Below, in pieces: positions 1 to 8,616 of a DNA stretch of 19,362 nt. The notes beneath the pieces are model-generated. The model searched no databases, was not told the origin of the DNA, and saw nothing but the letters and a program-made list of their open reading frames with translations. A program made the position numbers and the translations under genes. Positions within the stretch are counted from its first letter, which is position 1, and each line of letters opens with the position of its first letter. Origin of the DNA: Chthoniobacteraceae bacterium. GTDB lineage: Bacteria > Verrucomicrobiota > Verrucomicrobiia > Chthoniobacterales > Chthoniobacteraceae. The stretch spans positions 1 to 19,362 of the forward strand of contig JBEBGD010000105.1 in NCBI GenBank assembly GCA_040081625.1, written 5' to 3'.

Positions 1-432
1 CTCGAAGCAGAGCTTGGAAACCGGCCGGCCGAGGATCGTGTCCGCCGAGGCGAAGACTTCACGCGCGGCGGCGTCGCGGATGAGCTGGCCGGTGCCGAAG
101 GTGTGTGCGCGCAGCGGCGCGCGCTCTTCGGGCTTGAGCCGCCAAAGACCGGAAGCCTCGGCCATCTCGATGATCGCGAGCTTCTCCCGCCCGACCCACG
201 CGTAGCGGCACGGCATGTCGCGCTCGAGCGGGTCCTTCGCCGTGCAGTCGATCCATTCGCCGCCGAGCGCGAGGCACATCGCCTCGGCGAAGCCCTCGCC
301 GCCATCGGCGATCGGCGCGAGCTCGCACTCGGCGTCCGGGAGCGCTTCGCGTAAACCGTCCGCGATCGCCGTCGCGGCGTCGGCGGATGAGATGGAGCCT
401 TTGAATTTGTCCGGGGCGACGAGGAACCTCAT
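1..432 (-). CDS. glxK: Glycerate kinase (GlxK/GarK family), N-terminal part only; frame stays open to the window edge and the last ~20 codons look FabD-like
   Basis: Not in the ORF track because it has no stop. Hand translation from ATG at 432: MRFLVAPDKFKGSISSADAATAIADG...PIADGGEGF...IIEMAEASGL...HTFGTGQLIRDAAAR. APDxFKGS, ADGGEG, EMAxASGL and TxGTGxLI are glycerate kinase motifs. The ATG overlaps the prmA stop (ATGA). Confidence 0.9.
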   Translation of the reverse strand, partial: MRFLVAPDKFKGSISSADAATAIADGLREALPDAECELAPIADGGEGFAEAMCLALGGEWIDCTAKDPLERDMPCRYAWVGREKLAIIEMAEASGLWRLKPEERAPLRAHTFGTGQLIRDAAAREVFASADTILGRPVSKLCFE

Positions 433-1241
433 CGATGCGCCGTTCCGGCGATCCATTTGCCCTGCCGCTTGATGTCGCCGATGCGAAGTCCCGCCTTGCG
501 AAAAGCGGCGACGACTTCGCGCTCCTGGTCGCGCATGACGCCGGAGAAGATCAGCGTGCCGCCGGGCGCGAGGGCGCGGGCGAGCTTCGGAGCGATCTGG
601 ATGAGGATGGTCGAGTAAAGGTTCGCGGTGATCGCGGGCCATGTGCGCGCCGGCTTCCAGTCGAAGACATCCATCTTCCGCACGGCGACGCCGCGCAATT
701 TGTTCAGCCGCACGTTCTGTTTCGCGGTGCGCACGCAGTCGGGGTCGAAGTCGCCGGCCTCGACCTTCGTCGCGCCGAGTGCGCGCGCGGCGAGCGCGAG
801 GATGCCGCTGCCACAGCCGACATCGAGCAACTCCCATCGCGCGGTCTGCGCCGCCGCGAAGTCCGCGACGAAGCGCAGGCAGTTCAGCGTGGTCGCGTGC
901 TCGCCGGTGCCGAACGCCATCCCGGCTGGCACGATCAGCGCGGCCTTGCCCACCGGGCGTTCCGCTTCGCTAGTCACGATGTAAAGCCGCCCTCGCACAT
1001 TGATCGGCGCGCGAGGTGCCGCCGGCGCCTTGAGCCAGTCGCGCGTTTGTTTCGACACGGTGCCGCCGAATTCCTTCGCGAGACGCGTCGCGTCGCGCCG
1101 GTCGAGCGCGAAGACTTCCAGCCGGCTCGTCTTGCTGCCGGCGAGCGCGGTGATCGCGAGGCGATCGACGAATTCCGCGAGCCGCTCCGGCCACACGTCG
1201 TCCCATTTCGCCGGGCTGAGCTTCCGCCAGACGAAGCTCAC
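429..1241 (-). CDS. prmA: 50S ribosomal protein L11 methyltransferase (PrmA-like), 270 aa
   Basis: C-terminal part of track ORF 429..1838. Probable GTG start at 1241 overlaps the upstream TGA (GTGA). Motifs PAGMAFGTGEHATT, LDVGCGSGILA, DFDPDCV, ANL and LIFSG. Confidence 0.88.
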   Translation of the reverse strand: MSFVWRKLSPAKWDDVWPERLAEFVDRLAITALAGSKTSRLEVFALDRRDATRLAKEFGGTVSKQTRDWLKAPAAPRAPINVRGRLYIVTSEAERPVGKAALIVPAGMAFGTGEHATTLNCLRFVADFAAAQTARWELLDVGCGSGILALAARALGATKVEAGDFDPDCVRTAKQNVRLNKLRGVAVRKMDVFDWKPARTWPAITANLYSTILIQIAPKLARALAPGGTLIFSGVMRDQEREVVAAFRKAGLRIGDIKRQGKWIAGTAHR

Positions 1242-1948
1242 TTCGCTGGCTTCCGAAAGACGATGATGTGCTGCCACGGGAGGATGCCGATCGTCTGCTC
1301 GTGCGTGAGCGAGTGGAGGCTCATCTCCTTCTTCACCTGCGACTCGGTCATCTTGTGGACGGTCTTGATCGGCACGTTCGGATCTTCGCCGCGGAATTCG
1401 ACGAAGACGATCCGGCCGCCCGGCTTGAGCGCCTTCACCATCGCCTCGATCATCTCGAACGGGTGATCGAACTCGTGATACACATCGACCATGATCATCG
1501 TGTCGCACGACTCCGGCGGCAGCTTCGGGTCGATGATTTCGCCGAGCACGCCCTTCACGTTGGTGATGCGAAACATCGCCATGCGTTTCGCGAGCACGCC
1601 GAGCATTTCGGGCTGAATATCGACGCCGTAGATCAAGCCGGTCGCCCCGACGCGCGGCGAAATCTTCCGCGCGATGTAGCCACTGCCGACGCCGATATCG
1701 GCGACGACTTCGCCCTCTCGAAACTTCAGCGCCTCGATCATCGCCTCGGTCTTCTCCTCCTCCTCGCGCTCCGGACGCTCGAGCCAGTCCGCGGCCTGAT
1801 GCCCCATCACGCGCGCGATCTGCCGGCCCATGAACCACTTCTCGATCCCGTTCCGGTCGCCGCCCTCGCGCGTCTCGTAGAGCGGGTCGGGCTTCGGCGC
1901 GGTCTGTGCAAACGCGGCAGCCGCGCAGAAAATGAGAATGAAGCGCAT
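1238..1948 (-). CDS. Class I SAM-dependent methyltransferase with an N-terminal Sec-type signal peptide, 236 aa
   Basis: VADIGVGSGY (motif I), GVDIQPEML, VDVYHEF and LKPGGRIVFVEF. N-terminus MRFILIFCAAAAFA-Q resembles a signal peptide with an AxA cleavage site. Confidence 0.88.
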   Translation of the reverse strand: MRFILIFCAAAAFAQTAPKPDPLYETREGGDRNGIEKWFMGRQIARVMGHQAADWLERPEREEEEKTEAMIEALKFREGEVVADIGVGSGYIARKISPRVGATGLIYGVDIQPEMLGVLAKRMAMFRITNVKGVLGEIIDPKLPPESCDTMIMVDVYHEFDHPFEMIEAMVKALKPGGRIVFVEFRGEDPNVPIKTVHKMTESQVKKEMSLHSLTHEQTIGILPWQHIIVFRKPAK

Positions 1949-1958
1949 GGCGGGGCGC

Positions 1959-2435
1959 CTACTCGGGCTTGGCGATGACGCGGCGGGCTGGATCGGTCGC
2001 GCCGGGCGTCTTGTAAATGCTCGCCGGGGCGACCGAGATCAGCTCGTAGCTTTTCAGCACGAACTCCGGGTAGAAGCCATTGCTCGCCGGCTCATAGACG
2101 GTCTGTTCGGAGAACTGGCCGATCAGCTTGTATTCGTAATTGTTATCCGAGCCGATCGTGTTCTGCGCGCGATCGGGCGCGAGTTTCTCCTGTTCGTTGA
2201 GCATCACGAGCTGCGCCGTGCCCCACGGCTGTTGCGGACGGCGGACCCAGCCCCAGAACTTGTAGTCCTTCTTGTAGTAGCGCCGGCCGACGAAGTAATC
2301 GCCAGGCGCCTCCGCGGCGATCGAAGCGCGCAACCGCTCGCGCGCCTCGGCCTTGGTGCGCATTTGCACAGTTTCACATCCGCTGAATGCCAGCGGCAGC
2401 ACGGTGGACAGGATCAGTAAGCGGCGATGCATCAT
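1959..2435 (-). CDS. Hypothetical lipoprotein, about 158 aa
   Basis: Start at ATG 2435 (or 2432) after the SD-like GAGGAAAGGAG. MMHRRLLILSTVLPLAFSG-C is a basic n-region, hydrophobic core and lipobox-like cysteine. The body is aromatic-rich and non-repetitive and fills the gap between neighbours. Confidence 0.8.
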   Translation of the reverse strand: MMHRRLLILSTVLPLAFSGCETVQMRTKAEARERLRASIAAEAPGDYFVGRRYYKKDYKFWGWVRRPQQPWGTAQLVMLNEQEKLAPDRAQNTIGSDNNYEYKLIGQFSEQTVYEPASNGFYPEFVLKSYELISVAPASIYKTPGATDPARRVIAKPE

Positions 2436-2475
2436 GCTCCTTTCCTCATGCTTGGCGGCGCCGCGCAAGGCGAGA

Positions 2476-2916
2476 TTATTTCCCGCTCGTGAGTTGCTCG
2501 CGGATGCGAGCGACCAGGGCCGGCTGCCGCGCGAGCTGCGAGGTGAGCGCCTCGATCGCCCGCAGCGTCGGCGCGCTGATGTGATGCTCCATGCCCTCGA
2601 CGTCGTGGAAGATCACGTCTTCATCGAGCCCGAAGAGCCGCAGGAAATCGGAGAGGAGCTGATGCCGCCGGGTGATGTTCTTTGCGAGCGCCTCGCCCGA
2701 GGCGGTGAGCACGAGGCCGCGATACTTTTCGTATTTGAGCAGTCCCTCGGCATCGAGCCTCTGCACCATGTTCGTCACGCTCGCCTGCGAGATCCCGAGG
2801 CTCTGCGCGATATCGACGACACGCGCATAGCCCTTGGTGTTGATGAGTTCGAGGATGCGCTCGAGGTAATCCTCGACCGCGGTCGAGGAGTGGCGCTCGG
2901 GTGATTTCGCAGGCAT
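2476..2916 (-). CDS. mntR: Mn-dependent transcriptional regulator, DtxR/MntR family, 146 aa
   Basis: EDYLE, helix-turn-helix (ARVVDIAQSLGISQASVTNMVQRL), YEKYRGLVLT, RRH and EGMEHH metal-site motifs as in MntR. No C-terminal FeoA/SH3 domain. Divergent from a metal ABC transporter. Confidence 0.92.
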   Translation of the reverse strand: MPAKSPERHSSTAVEDYLERILELINTKGYARVVDIAQSLGISQASVTNMVQRLDAEGLLKYEKYRGLVLTASGEALAKNITRRHQLLSDFLRLFGLDEDVIFHDVEGMEHHISAPTLRAIEALTSQLARQPALVARIREQLTSGK

Positions 2917-2986
2917 GGCGGGAGCGATAGCGGCGGGGACGGCGGCGGGTCAAGGGAAGCGGCGGAAATTCTTCGCTGCACCCCAT

Positions 2987-3008
2987 AAAGTTAGCCGTGA
3001 CTAAGTTT
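2987..3008. promoter_or_regulatory. Putative MntR operator: 22-bp imperfect palindrome AAAGTTAGCCGTGACTAAGTTT
   Basis: 16 of 22 positions match its own reverse complement (AAAnTTAG-N6-CTAAnTTT). It is AT-rich in a GC-rich window, lies between mntR and the transporter, and resembles the enterobacterial MntR box AAACATAGC-N4-GCTATGTTT in length and layout. Confidence 0.75.
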
Positions 3009-3012
3009 CTTG

Positions 3013-3040
3013 TTGCGTGTTGACTTTGTTTTCCTGAAAT
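3013..3040 (+). promoter_or_regulatory. Possible sigma70-type promoter of the ABC operon
   Basis: AT-rich tract with TTGCGT (3013-3018), 16 nt spacer and TGAAAT (3035-3040). An alternative -35-like TTGACT lies at 3020-3025. Weak match to consensus. Confidence 0.3.
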
Positions 3041-3072
3041 AGCGCCCTGATGCACCGCCTGTCGTCACCCGT

Positions 3073-3957
3073 ATGTCCATGATGTTGCGCCTGGTCCTCC
3101 TCATCCTGCTCGTGCTGCTCCAGCCCGCATTCGCGGCGAAGAAGCGCGTCGTCACCACGTTCACAATCATCGCCGACATGGCGCAGAACGTCGCCGGCGA
3201 CATGGCGACCGTCGAATCGATCACCAAGCCGGGCGCGGAGATTCACGGCTATGAGCCGACGCCGGGCGACATCGTGAAGGCGCAGCGCGCGGACCTCGTG
3301 CTCTGGAACGGCATGAACCTCGAACGCTGGTTCGAGAGGTTCTTCGCGAACCTGCGCAACGTGCCGGGCGCCGTGGTGACCGAAGGCATCGAGCCGATCG
3401 GCATCGAAGAAGGCCCCTACACCGGCAAGCCAAACCCGCACGCGTGGATGTCGCTGACCAATGCGAAGATCTACGTCGAAAACATCCGCAATGCGCTCGT
3501 GAAGATCGACCCGGCAAACGCGACGGCCTACACGGCGAATGCGGCCGCTTACACCGCGAAGTTTCAGGCCATCGACGAGCGTGTGCGCGGGCAACTCGAC
3601 CGCATCCCGACGGGGCAGCGCTGGCTGGTCACGAGCGAGGGCGCTTTCCCCTACCTCGCGCGCAACTTCGGGATGAAGGAACTCTTCCTCTGGGCCGTGA
3701 ACGCTGACCAGCAGGGCACTCCGCAGCAGGTGCGCAAGGTCATCGATGGCGTGCGCGCAAGCAGGATCCCGGTCCTGTTCAGCGAGAGCACCATCAGCGA
3801 CAAGCCCGCGCGCCAGGTCGCGAAGGAAACCGGCGCGCGCTACGGCGGCGTGCTCTACGTCGATTCGCTGACCGATGCGAAAGGCCCTGCACCGACCTAC
3901 CTGCGGCTGCTCGAACACAACGCAGAGACGATCGTGAAGGGCTTCCTGAATCCGTGA
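3073..3957 (+). CDS. sitA: Mn/Fe ABC transporter substrate-binding protein (SitA/YfeA/TroA family)
   Basis: Signal peptide ending AFA. Motifs [40 protein letters not shown] and LYVDSL give the His/His/Glu/Asp ligand set. Start could be 3073, 3079 or 3082. Confidence 0.93.
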   Translation: MSMMLRLVLLILLVLLQPAFAAKKRVVTTFTIIADMAQNVAGDMATVESITKPGAEIHGYEPTPGDIVKAQRADLVLWNGMNLERWFERFFANLRNVPGAVVTEGIEPIGIEEGPYTGKPNPHAWMSLTNAKIYVENIRNALVKIDPANATAYTANAAAYTAKFQAIDERVRGQLDRIPTGQRWLVTSEGAFPYLARNFGMKELFLWAVNADQQGTPQQVRKVIDGVRASRIPVLFSESTISDKPARQVAKETGARYGGVLYVDSLTDAKGPAPTYLRLLEHNAETIVKGFLNP

Positions 3958-4856
3958 CCGTTCCGCTTTCCATCGACGTGCGCGACGTGACCGTCACGTA
4001 TCCGAACGGCAACGTGGCGCTGCGCGACGCGACGCTCCAGCTCGGCCCCGGCACGATCTGCGCGCTCGTCGGCGTCAATGGCAGCGGCAAGTCCACGCTC
4101 TTCAAGACGATCATGGGTTTCCTGCGTCCCGGAAAAGGCGCCGTGCAGATCAACGGCCGGCCCGTGCGCGAAGCGCAGCGCGACAATCTCGTGGCCTACG
4201 TGCCGCAGGGCGAGGAGGTCGATTGGACCTTCCCAGTGAGCGTCTGGGACGTGGTGATGATGGGTCGCTACGGCTACATGAATTTCCTGCGCATCGCCCG
4301 CGCGGAGGATCGCCGTGTCGCCGCGGAAAGCCTCGCGCGCGTCGGCATGGAAGAGTTCCGCGACCGGCAGATCGGCGAGCTTTCCGGCGGGCAAAGAAAG
4401 CGCGTCTTCCTCGCGCGCGCCCTCGCCCAGCGCGCGCGCGTGATCCTGCTCGACGAGCCATTCACCGGCGTGGACGTGCAGACCGAGGCCGCGATCATCG
4501 ACCTGCTCCGCGAGCTGCGCGCCGCCGGGAACATCATGCTCGTCTCCACGCACAACCTCGGCTCGGTGCCCGAGTTCTGCGACCACGTCGCGCTCGTCAA
4601 CCGCACGGTGCTCGCCTACGGACCGATCGACGAAGTCTTCACCGAGGAGAATCTCTCGCGCGCATTCGGCGGCGTGCTGCGCCACTTCCGCTTCGACGAA
4701 TCGACCATCCAGAAGCACGACGAACGCGCCGTGACGCTGCTCACCGACGACGAGCGTCCGCTGGTTTTCGGAAAAGGCGGGCACCTCGAATACAGCCGCC
4801 GTCAGGGACGGGAAAAGATCGTGGAGGAGCGCGCGGAGAAGGAGGACGACCGTTGA
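3954..4856 (+). CDS. sitB: Mn/Fe ABC transporter ATP-binding protein (SitB/YfeB)
   Basis: Walker A GVNGSGKS, signature LSGGQRKR, Walker [12 protein letters not shown]-loop STHNL, and the C-terminal TDDERP segment seen in SitB/YfeB. GTGA overlap with sitA. Confidence 0.93.
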   Translation: MTVPLSIDVRDVTVTYPNGNVALRDATLQLGPGTICALVGVNGSGKSTLFKTIMGFLRPGKGAVQINGRPVREAQRDNLVAYVPQGEEVDWTFPVSVWDVVMMGRYGYMNFLRIARAEDRRVAAESLARVGMEEFRDRQIGELSGGQRKRVFLARALAQRARVILLDEPFTGVDVQTEAAIIDLLRELRAAGNIMLVSTHNLGSVPEFCDHVALVNRTVLAYGPIDEVFTEENLSRAFGGVLRHFRFDESTIQKHDERAVTLLTDDERPLVFGKGGHLEYSRRQGREKIVEERAEKEDDR

Positions 4857-5701
4857 TCGACGCGCTGCTCACGCCGCTCCAATACGAATACATGGTGAAG
4901 GCCATCCTCGTGAGCGGCCTCATCGGCGGCGTGTGCGCGTTTCTTTCGTGCTTCATCACGCTGCGCGGCTGGTCGCTCATGGGCGACGCGCTCTCGCACG
5001 CCGTCGTGCCGGGCGTCGCCGTCGCCTACATCGCGGGGCTGCCGTTCGCTGCCGGCGCATTTCTCACCGGACTGCTCGCGGCGCTCGGCATGGGCTTCGT
5101 GAAGGCCAAGACCGCGCTGCGCGAGGACGCGGTGATCGGCGTCGTGTTCACGTCGTTCTTCGCGCTCGGGCTGGTGCTCATCTCGCTCTACCCTTCCAGC
5201 GTCGATCTCCGCACGATCGTGCTGGGCAACATCCTCGGCATCTCCGACGCGGACATCTGGCAGATCGCCATCGTGTCCGCTGTCACCCTCACCGTGCTTG
5301 GGCTGAAGTGGCGCGATCTGCTCCTGTTCTGCTTCGACCCGAACCAGGCCCGCGCGCTCGGCCTCAACGTGCGCGCGCTCCACTTCACCCTGCTCACGCT
5401 GCTCGCCGCGACCGCCGTCGCCGCGCTGCAAACCGTTGGCGCATGCCTCGTCGTCGCGGTGCTCGTCACGCCGGGCGCGACCGCCTACCTGCTCACTGAT
5501 CGCTTTGGCCACATGATCGCGATAGCGACAACCATGGGCACCGGCACATCGCTCGTCGGCGCGTATGCGAGCTACTATTTCGACGGCTCGACCGGCGGCT
5601 GCATCGTCACGCTCCAGACCGCGATCTTCGTGCTCGCATTCATCTTCGCGCCCAAGCACGGCCTCCTCGCCGCGCGCGCCCGGCGCGAGGCCGCCGTATG
5701 A
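4853..5701 (+). CDS. sitC: Mn/Fe ABC transporter permease (SitC/YfeC), 282 aa
   Basis: C-terminal part of track ORF 4223..5701. TTG start at 4853 overlaps the sitB stop (TTGA) after GGAGG. Motifs [26 protein letters not shown] and multiple hydrophobic helices. Confidence 0.92.
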   Translation: MIDALLTPLQYEYMVKAILVSGLIGGVCAFLSCFITLRGWSLMGDALSHAVVPGVAVAYIAGLPFAAGAFLTGLLAALGMGFVKAKTALREDAVIGVVFTSFFALGLVLISLYPSSVDLRTIVLGNILGISDADIWQIAIVSAVTLTVLGLKWRDLLLFCFDPNQARALGLNVRALHFTLLTLLAATAVAALQTVGACLVVAVLVTPGATAYLLTDRFGHMIAIATTMGTGTSLVGAYASYYFDGSTGGCIVTLQTAIFVLAFIFAPKHGLLAARARREAAV

Positions 5702-6564
5702 TCGAGACGCTGCTCGAACCGTTTGAGTTCGCCTTCATGCGGAACGCGATGCTCGCCGGCGCCATCGTCGGCGCCGTGTGCGCGGTGCTCTCATGCTACC
5801 TCGTGCTCAAGGGCTGGTCGCTCATGGGCGACGCGATCTCGCACGCGGTGCTGCCGGGCATCGTCATCGCCTACGCGCTCGGCGCGCCGCTCGCGCTTGG
5901 CGCGTTTGGCTCCGGGCTGCTCTGCGCGGTGCTCACCGGCTACATCAAGGCCAACTCGCGCGTGAAGGAGGACACCGTCATGGGCGTCGTCTTCACCGGT
6001 CTCTTCGCGTTCGGGCTCGTCATCTTCACGAAAATCAGAACCGACCTGCACCTCGATCACATCCTCTTTGGAAACATCCTCGGCATCGACCGGAGCGACC
6101 TCATCGAGACGCTCCTCGTCGGCGGGGTCACGCTCATCGTCGTGCTCGCGCTGCGTCGCGACCTCCTGCTGTTTTGCTTCGATGCCGGACACGCGCGCAG
6201 CATCGGTCTGCGCACCGGCCTGCTTTACTACCTGCTCCTCTCGCTGCTCGCCGCCACGGTGGTCGCTTCGCTCAAGGCGGTCGGCATCATCCTCGTCGTG
6301 GCCATGCTCGTGACGCCCGGCTGCATCGGCTTCCTGCTCGCGGATCGCTTCGGGCCGATGCTCGCGCTCGCGTCTGGCAGCGCTGTCTTTTCCACGCTCA
6401 GCGGCGCGTATGTGAGCTTCTTCACCGACGCTTCGCCCGCCGGCTGCATCGTGCTGATCCAGACGCTGCTCTTCGCGATCGCACTGGTCTTCGCACCGAA
6501 ACGCGGCCTGCTCGCCGGTCGATTCAATCGAGCGCAATCAACGCCGCCGCAGCCTGCTGGTTGA
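5698..6564 (+). CDS. sitD: Mn/Fe ABC transporter permease (SitD/YfeD), 288 aa
   Basis: [25 protein letters not shown] and HLDHILFGNILG. Paralogue of the preceding permease, ATGA overlap. Confidence 0.92.
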   Translation: MIETLLEPFEFAFMRNAMLAGAIVGAVCAVLSCYLVLKGWSLMGDAISHAVLPGIVIAYALGAPLALGAFGSGLLCAVLTGYIKANSRVKEDTVMGVVFTGLFAFGLVIFTKIRTDLHLDHILFGNILGIDRSDLIETLLVGGVTLIVVLALRRDLLLFCFDAGHARSIGLRTGLLYYLLLSLLAATVVASLKAVGIILVVAMLVTPGCIGFLLADRFGPMLALASGSAVFSTLSGAYVSFFTDASPAGCIVLIQTLLFAIALVFAPKRGLLAGRFNRAQSTPPQPAG

Positions 6565-7441
6565 AGCCGGGAACTGGCACCAGCGCGGATCTCACGTCGC
6601 CGCGTCGAAGGGCGAGCGCCGCGTAGATCACCTGCCAGAGCGCACTCGCGCCCGGCGCGTCCCCGAGTTGTCCTGACTGACTCCCGATCGTGACCTCCGC
6701 TGACGCACCGCCGATCGCCGCTCTCAACGCCGCCTCCGCATCGGCACGTCGGAGAAACGGAACGCCTGTTGTGGTCGTGATCGTCAGCGGCCCCTCGCGC
6801 GCCAGCAGCACCGCGCCGGCACCCTCGGACAGCGGCTCGCGATCGAGCCGCCAATCGTGGAACGCTTGGCAGACGATCCAGTCGAGCTCCTCGCATCCGA
6901 CGACGAGCACGCGGTCGCACTCGCCGAGCGCGAGCAGTTGCGCGCCGAAGTGCAGCGCGGCGAGACCGATCGAGTGGTCGCCCACGAGCGTGTAGGCCGC
7001 GCCATCGATGCCGAGCACGGCCGCGAGATGGCTGGCCGGCGCATTATAGACCGTCTCCGGGAAGAGCAGCGGGCTCGCCGCGTTCGCGCCCTGCCGCACG
7101 ACCTGCTCGTAAAAGCGCCGCGTGTAGATGACGCCGCCATTGCTCACGGCAAAGACCAGCGCTGTCCGTGAATCGGCGGCGAGCCCTGCGTCCGCGAGCG
7201 CCGCCTGCGCGGCGGCGACGGCGAAGTAGCTGATGTTGCTCGACCGCCGAAGCCGCGGATTTCGCGCGAGATGCTCGATGAGCCGCGCCGGCACCGGCCG
7301 TGTCGGCAGCTCGCGTCCGCTCTCGGGATTCCGCAGCGACGTCGTCTCCGCGACCGCGCCTTCGCGCAGCGCGGTGAAGACGGCGTCGAGTTCCGAGCCG
7401 AGGGGCGTCACCCATCCGAGGCCGGCGATTCCTGCTTTCAT
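6524..7441 (-). CDS. Ketosynthase-like chain-length factor (non-catalytic KS homologue), 305 aa
   Basis: KS N-terminus (IAGLGWVTPLG), LRRSS, SPLLFPETVYNAPASHLA and LSEGAGAVLL. The catalytic-Cys position reads TLVGDHSIG, the His motifs are absent (SGQLGDAPGA) and the C-terminal domain is shortened. ATGA overlap with the upstream KS. Confidence 0.8.
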   Translation of the reverse strand: MKAGIAGLGWVTPLGSELDAVFTALREGAVAETTSLRNPESGRELPTRPVPARLIEHLARNPRLRRSSNISYFAVAAAQAALADAGLAADSRTALVFAVSNGGVIYTRRFYEQVVRQGANAASPLLFPETVYNAPASHLAAVLGIDGAAYTLVGDHSIGLAALHFGAQLLALGECDRVLVVGCEELDWIVCQAFHDWRLDREPLSEGAGAVLLAREGPLTITTTTGVPFLRRADAEAALRAAIGGASAEVTIGSQSGQLGDAPGASALWQVIYAALALRRGDVRSALVPVPGFNQQAAAALIALD

Positions 7442-8616
7442 GCGGCTTCGAGCACGATGCTCGCGTTGGTGCCGCCGAAGCCGAAAGAGTTTGAGAGAAC
7501 GCGGCGCGGCCGGGCGTCGCGTGCTTCGTTCGCGACGATATCGAGCGCGAAGGCGGGATCCGCCTCCGCGTAGTTGATGTTCGGCGGAATGAAACCCTCG
7601 CGGATCGCGAGCAGCGAGAAGACCGCCTCGATCGCGCCAGCCGCGCCGAGCGCGTGGCCCATCATCGATTTCGTCGAGCTCACTGCCACGCGCGACCCGA
7701 AGAGCTGCGCGATCGCGAGTCCCTCGGTCGCGTCGTTGAACGGCGTCGCCGTTCCGTGCGCGTTGATGTAGTCGATCCCGCCCGCCTCGCGCCGCGCGTC
7801 GGCGAGCGCGCGCTCCATCGCCATTCGCGGTCCGACGCCGCTCGGGTGCGGCTGCGTGAGGTGGTGGTTGTCCGTCGCGATGCCGTAGCCGGTGACCTCG
7901 CCGAGGATCGCCGCGCCGCGCCTCCGCGCGGACTCGAGACTCTCGAGCGCGAGCATCGCCGCGCCTTCGCCGAGCACGAGGCCGGTGCGGTTCCGATCAA
8001 AGGGCCGCACTTTCTCCGGCGTCGCCGCCTGGAGCGAATCGAAGCCGACAAAGACCAGTTCGGAGATTGCGTCGTATCCGCCGCACACGACCGAGCGGTG
8101 CAGGCCGGCGCGCACGAGTTGAAACGCGTGCCCGATCGCGTTGCTCCCCGAGGCGCACGCGTTCGCGATGATTTGCATCGGCGCCATCCACTCACACGCG
8201 CCGAGCGCATCGAGCACGGCTTTCTGCGGCATGTAGTTCGCGAGCCACTGCGCGCGCTGTCGCGGACGCTGCTGCGCGATTTGCGCGCGCTGATACTTCT
8301 CCCCGAAGCTCATCCCTCCGCTCGTCGTGCCGATCACCGCCAACTCCGGCGCGAAGCCCGGATCACCCGCATGCACTTCGCGCATCGCTGCAGCGGTAAA
8401 GTGACTCGCGCGATGCCAGCGCCGATCCGCGCCCGCGAAAGTCCACCCCGCATCCACCTGCCCCGCCGTCTTCGCCCGGCACAGCGACACATCGAAGGCA
8501 CTCGCCGCCGTCACCGCATCGCGCCCGGCGCGCAGGCCCGCGAGATTCTCCGCCACACCCACACCGAGCGGGCTCACGACGCCGATCGCCGTGACGGCGA
8601 CGCGTTGGGCAGTCAT
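7438..8616 (-). CDS. Beta-ketoacyl-ACP synthase, FabF-like / type II PKS ketosynthase, 392 aa
   Basis: Intact Cys-His-His triad: NACASG, INAHGTATPFND and KSMMGHALGAAG. Also RPFD..RTGLVLGEGA and SNSFGFGGTNAS. Confidence 0.92.
   Translation of the reverse strand: MTAQRVAVTAIGVVSPLGVGVAENLAGLRAGRDAVTAASAFDVSLCRAKTAGQVDAGWTFAGADRRWHRASHFTAAAMREVHAGDPGFAPELAVIGTTSGGMSFGEKYQRAQIAQQRPRQRAQWLANYMPQKAVLDALGACEWMAPMQIIANACASGSNAIGHAFQLVRAGLHRSVVCGGYDAISELVFVGFDSLQAATPEKVRPFDRNRTGLVLGEGAAMLALESLESARRRGAAILGEVTGYGIATDNHHLTQPHPSGVGPRMAMERALADARREAGGIDYINAHGTATPFNDATEGLAIAQLFGSRVAVSSTKSMMGHALGAAGAIEAVFSLLAIREGFIPPNINYAEADPAFALDIVANEARDARPRRVLSNSFGFGGTNASIVLEAA

Noticed and set aside
429..1838. Long N-terminal extensions in track ORFs 429..1838, 4223..5701 and 10174..13149 suggesting fusions or frameshifts
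   Set aside because: The extensions are off-frame readings of the upstream genes. Each real gene has a GTG or TTG start overlapping the upstream stop (1241, 4853, 12054).
2917..3072. Mn-sensing yybP-ykoY riboswitch upstream of the transporter
   Set aside because: The probable leader is too short and I see no matching four-way-junction motifs. The MntR-type palindrome explains the regulation better.
4960..5860. Near-identical DNA stretches GGCTGGTCGCTCATGGGCGACGCG in two places
   Set aside because: They encode the conserved GWSLMGDA motif of the paralogous permeases and are not a mobile or regulatory repeat.
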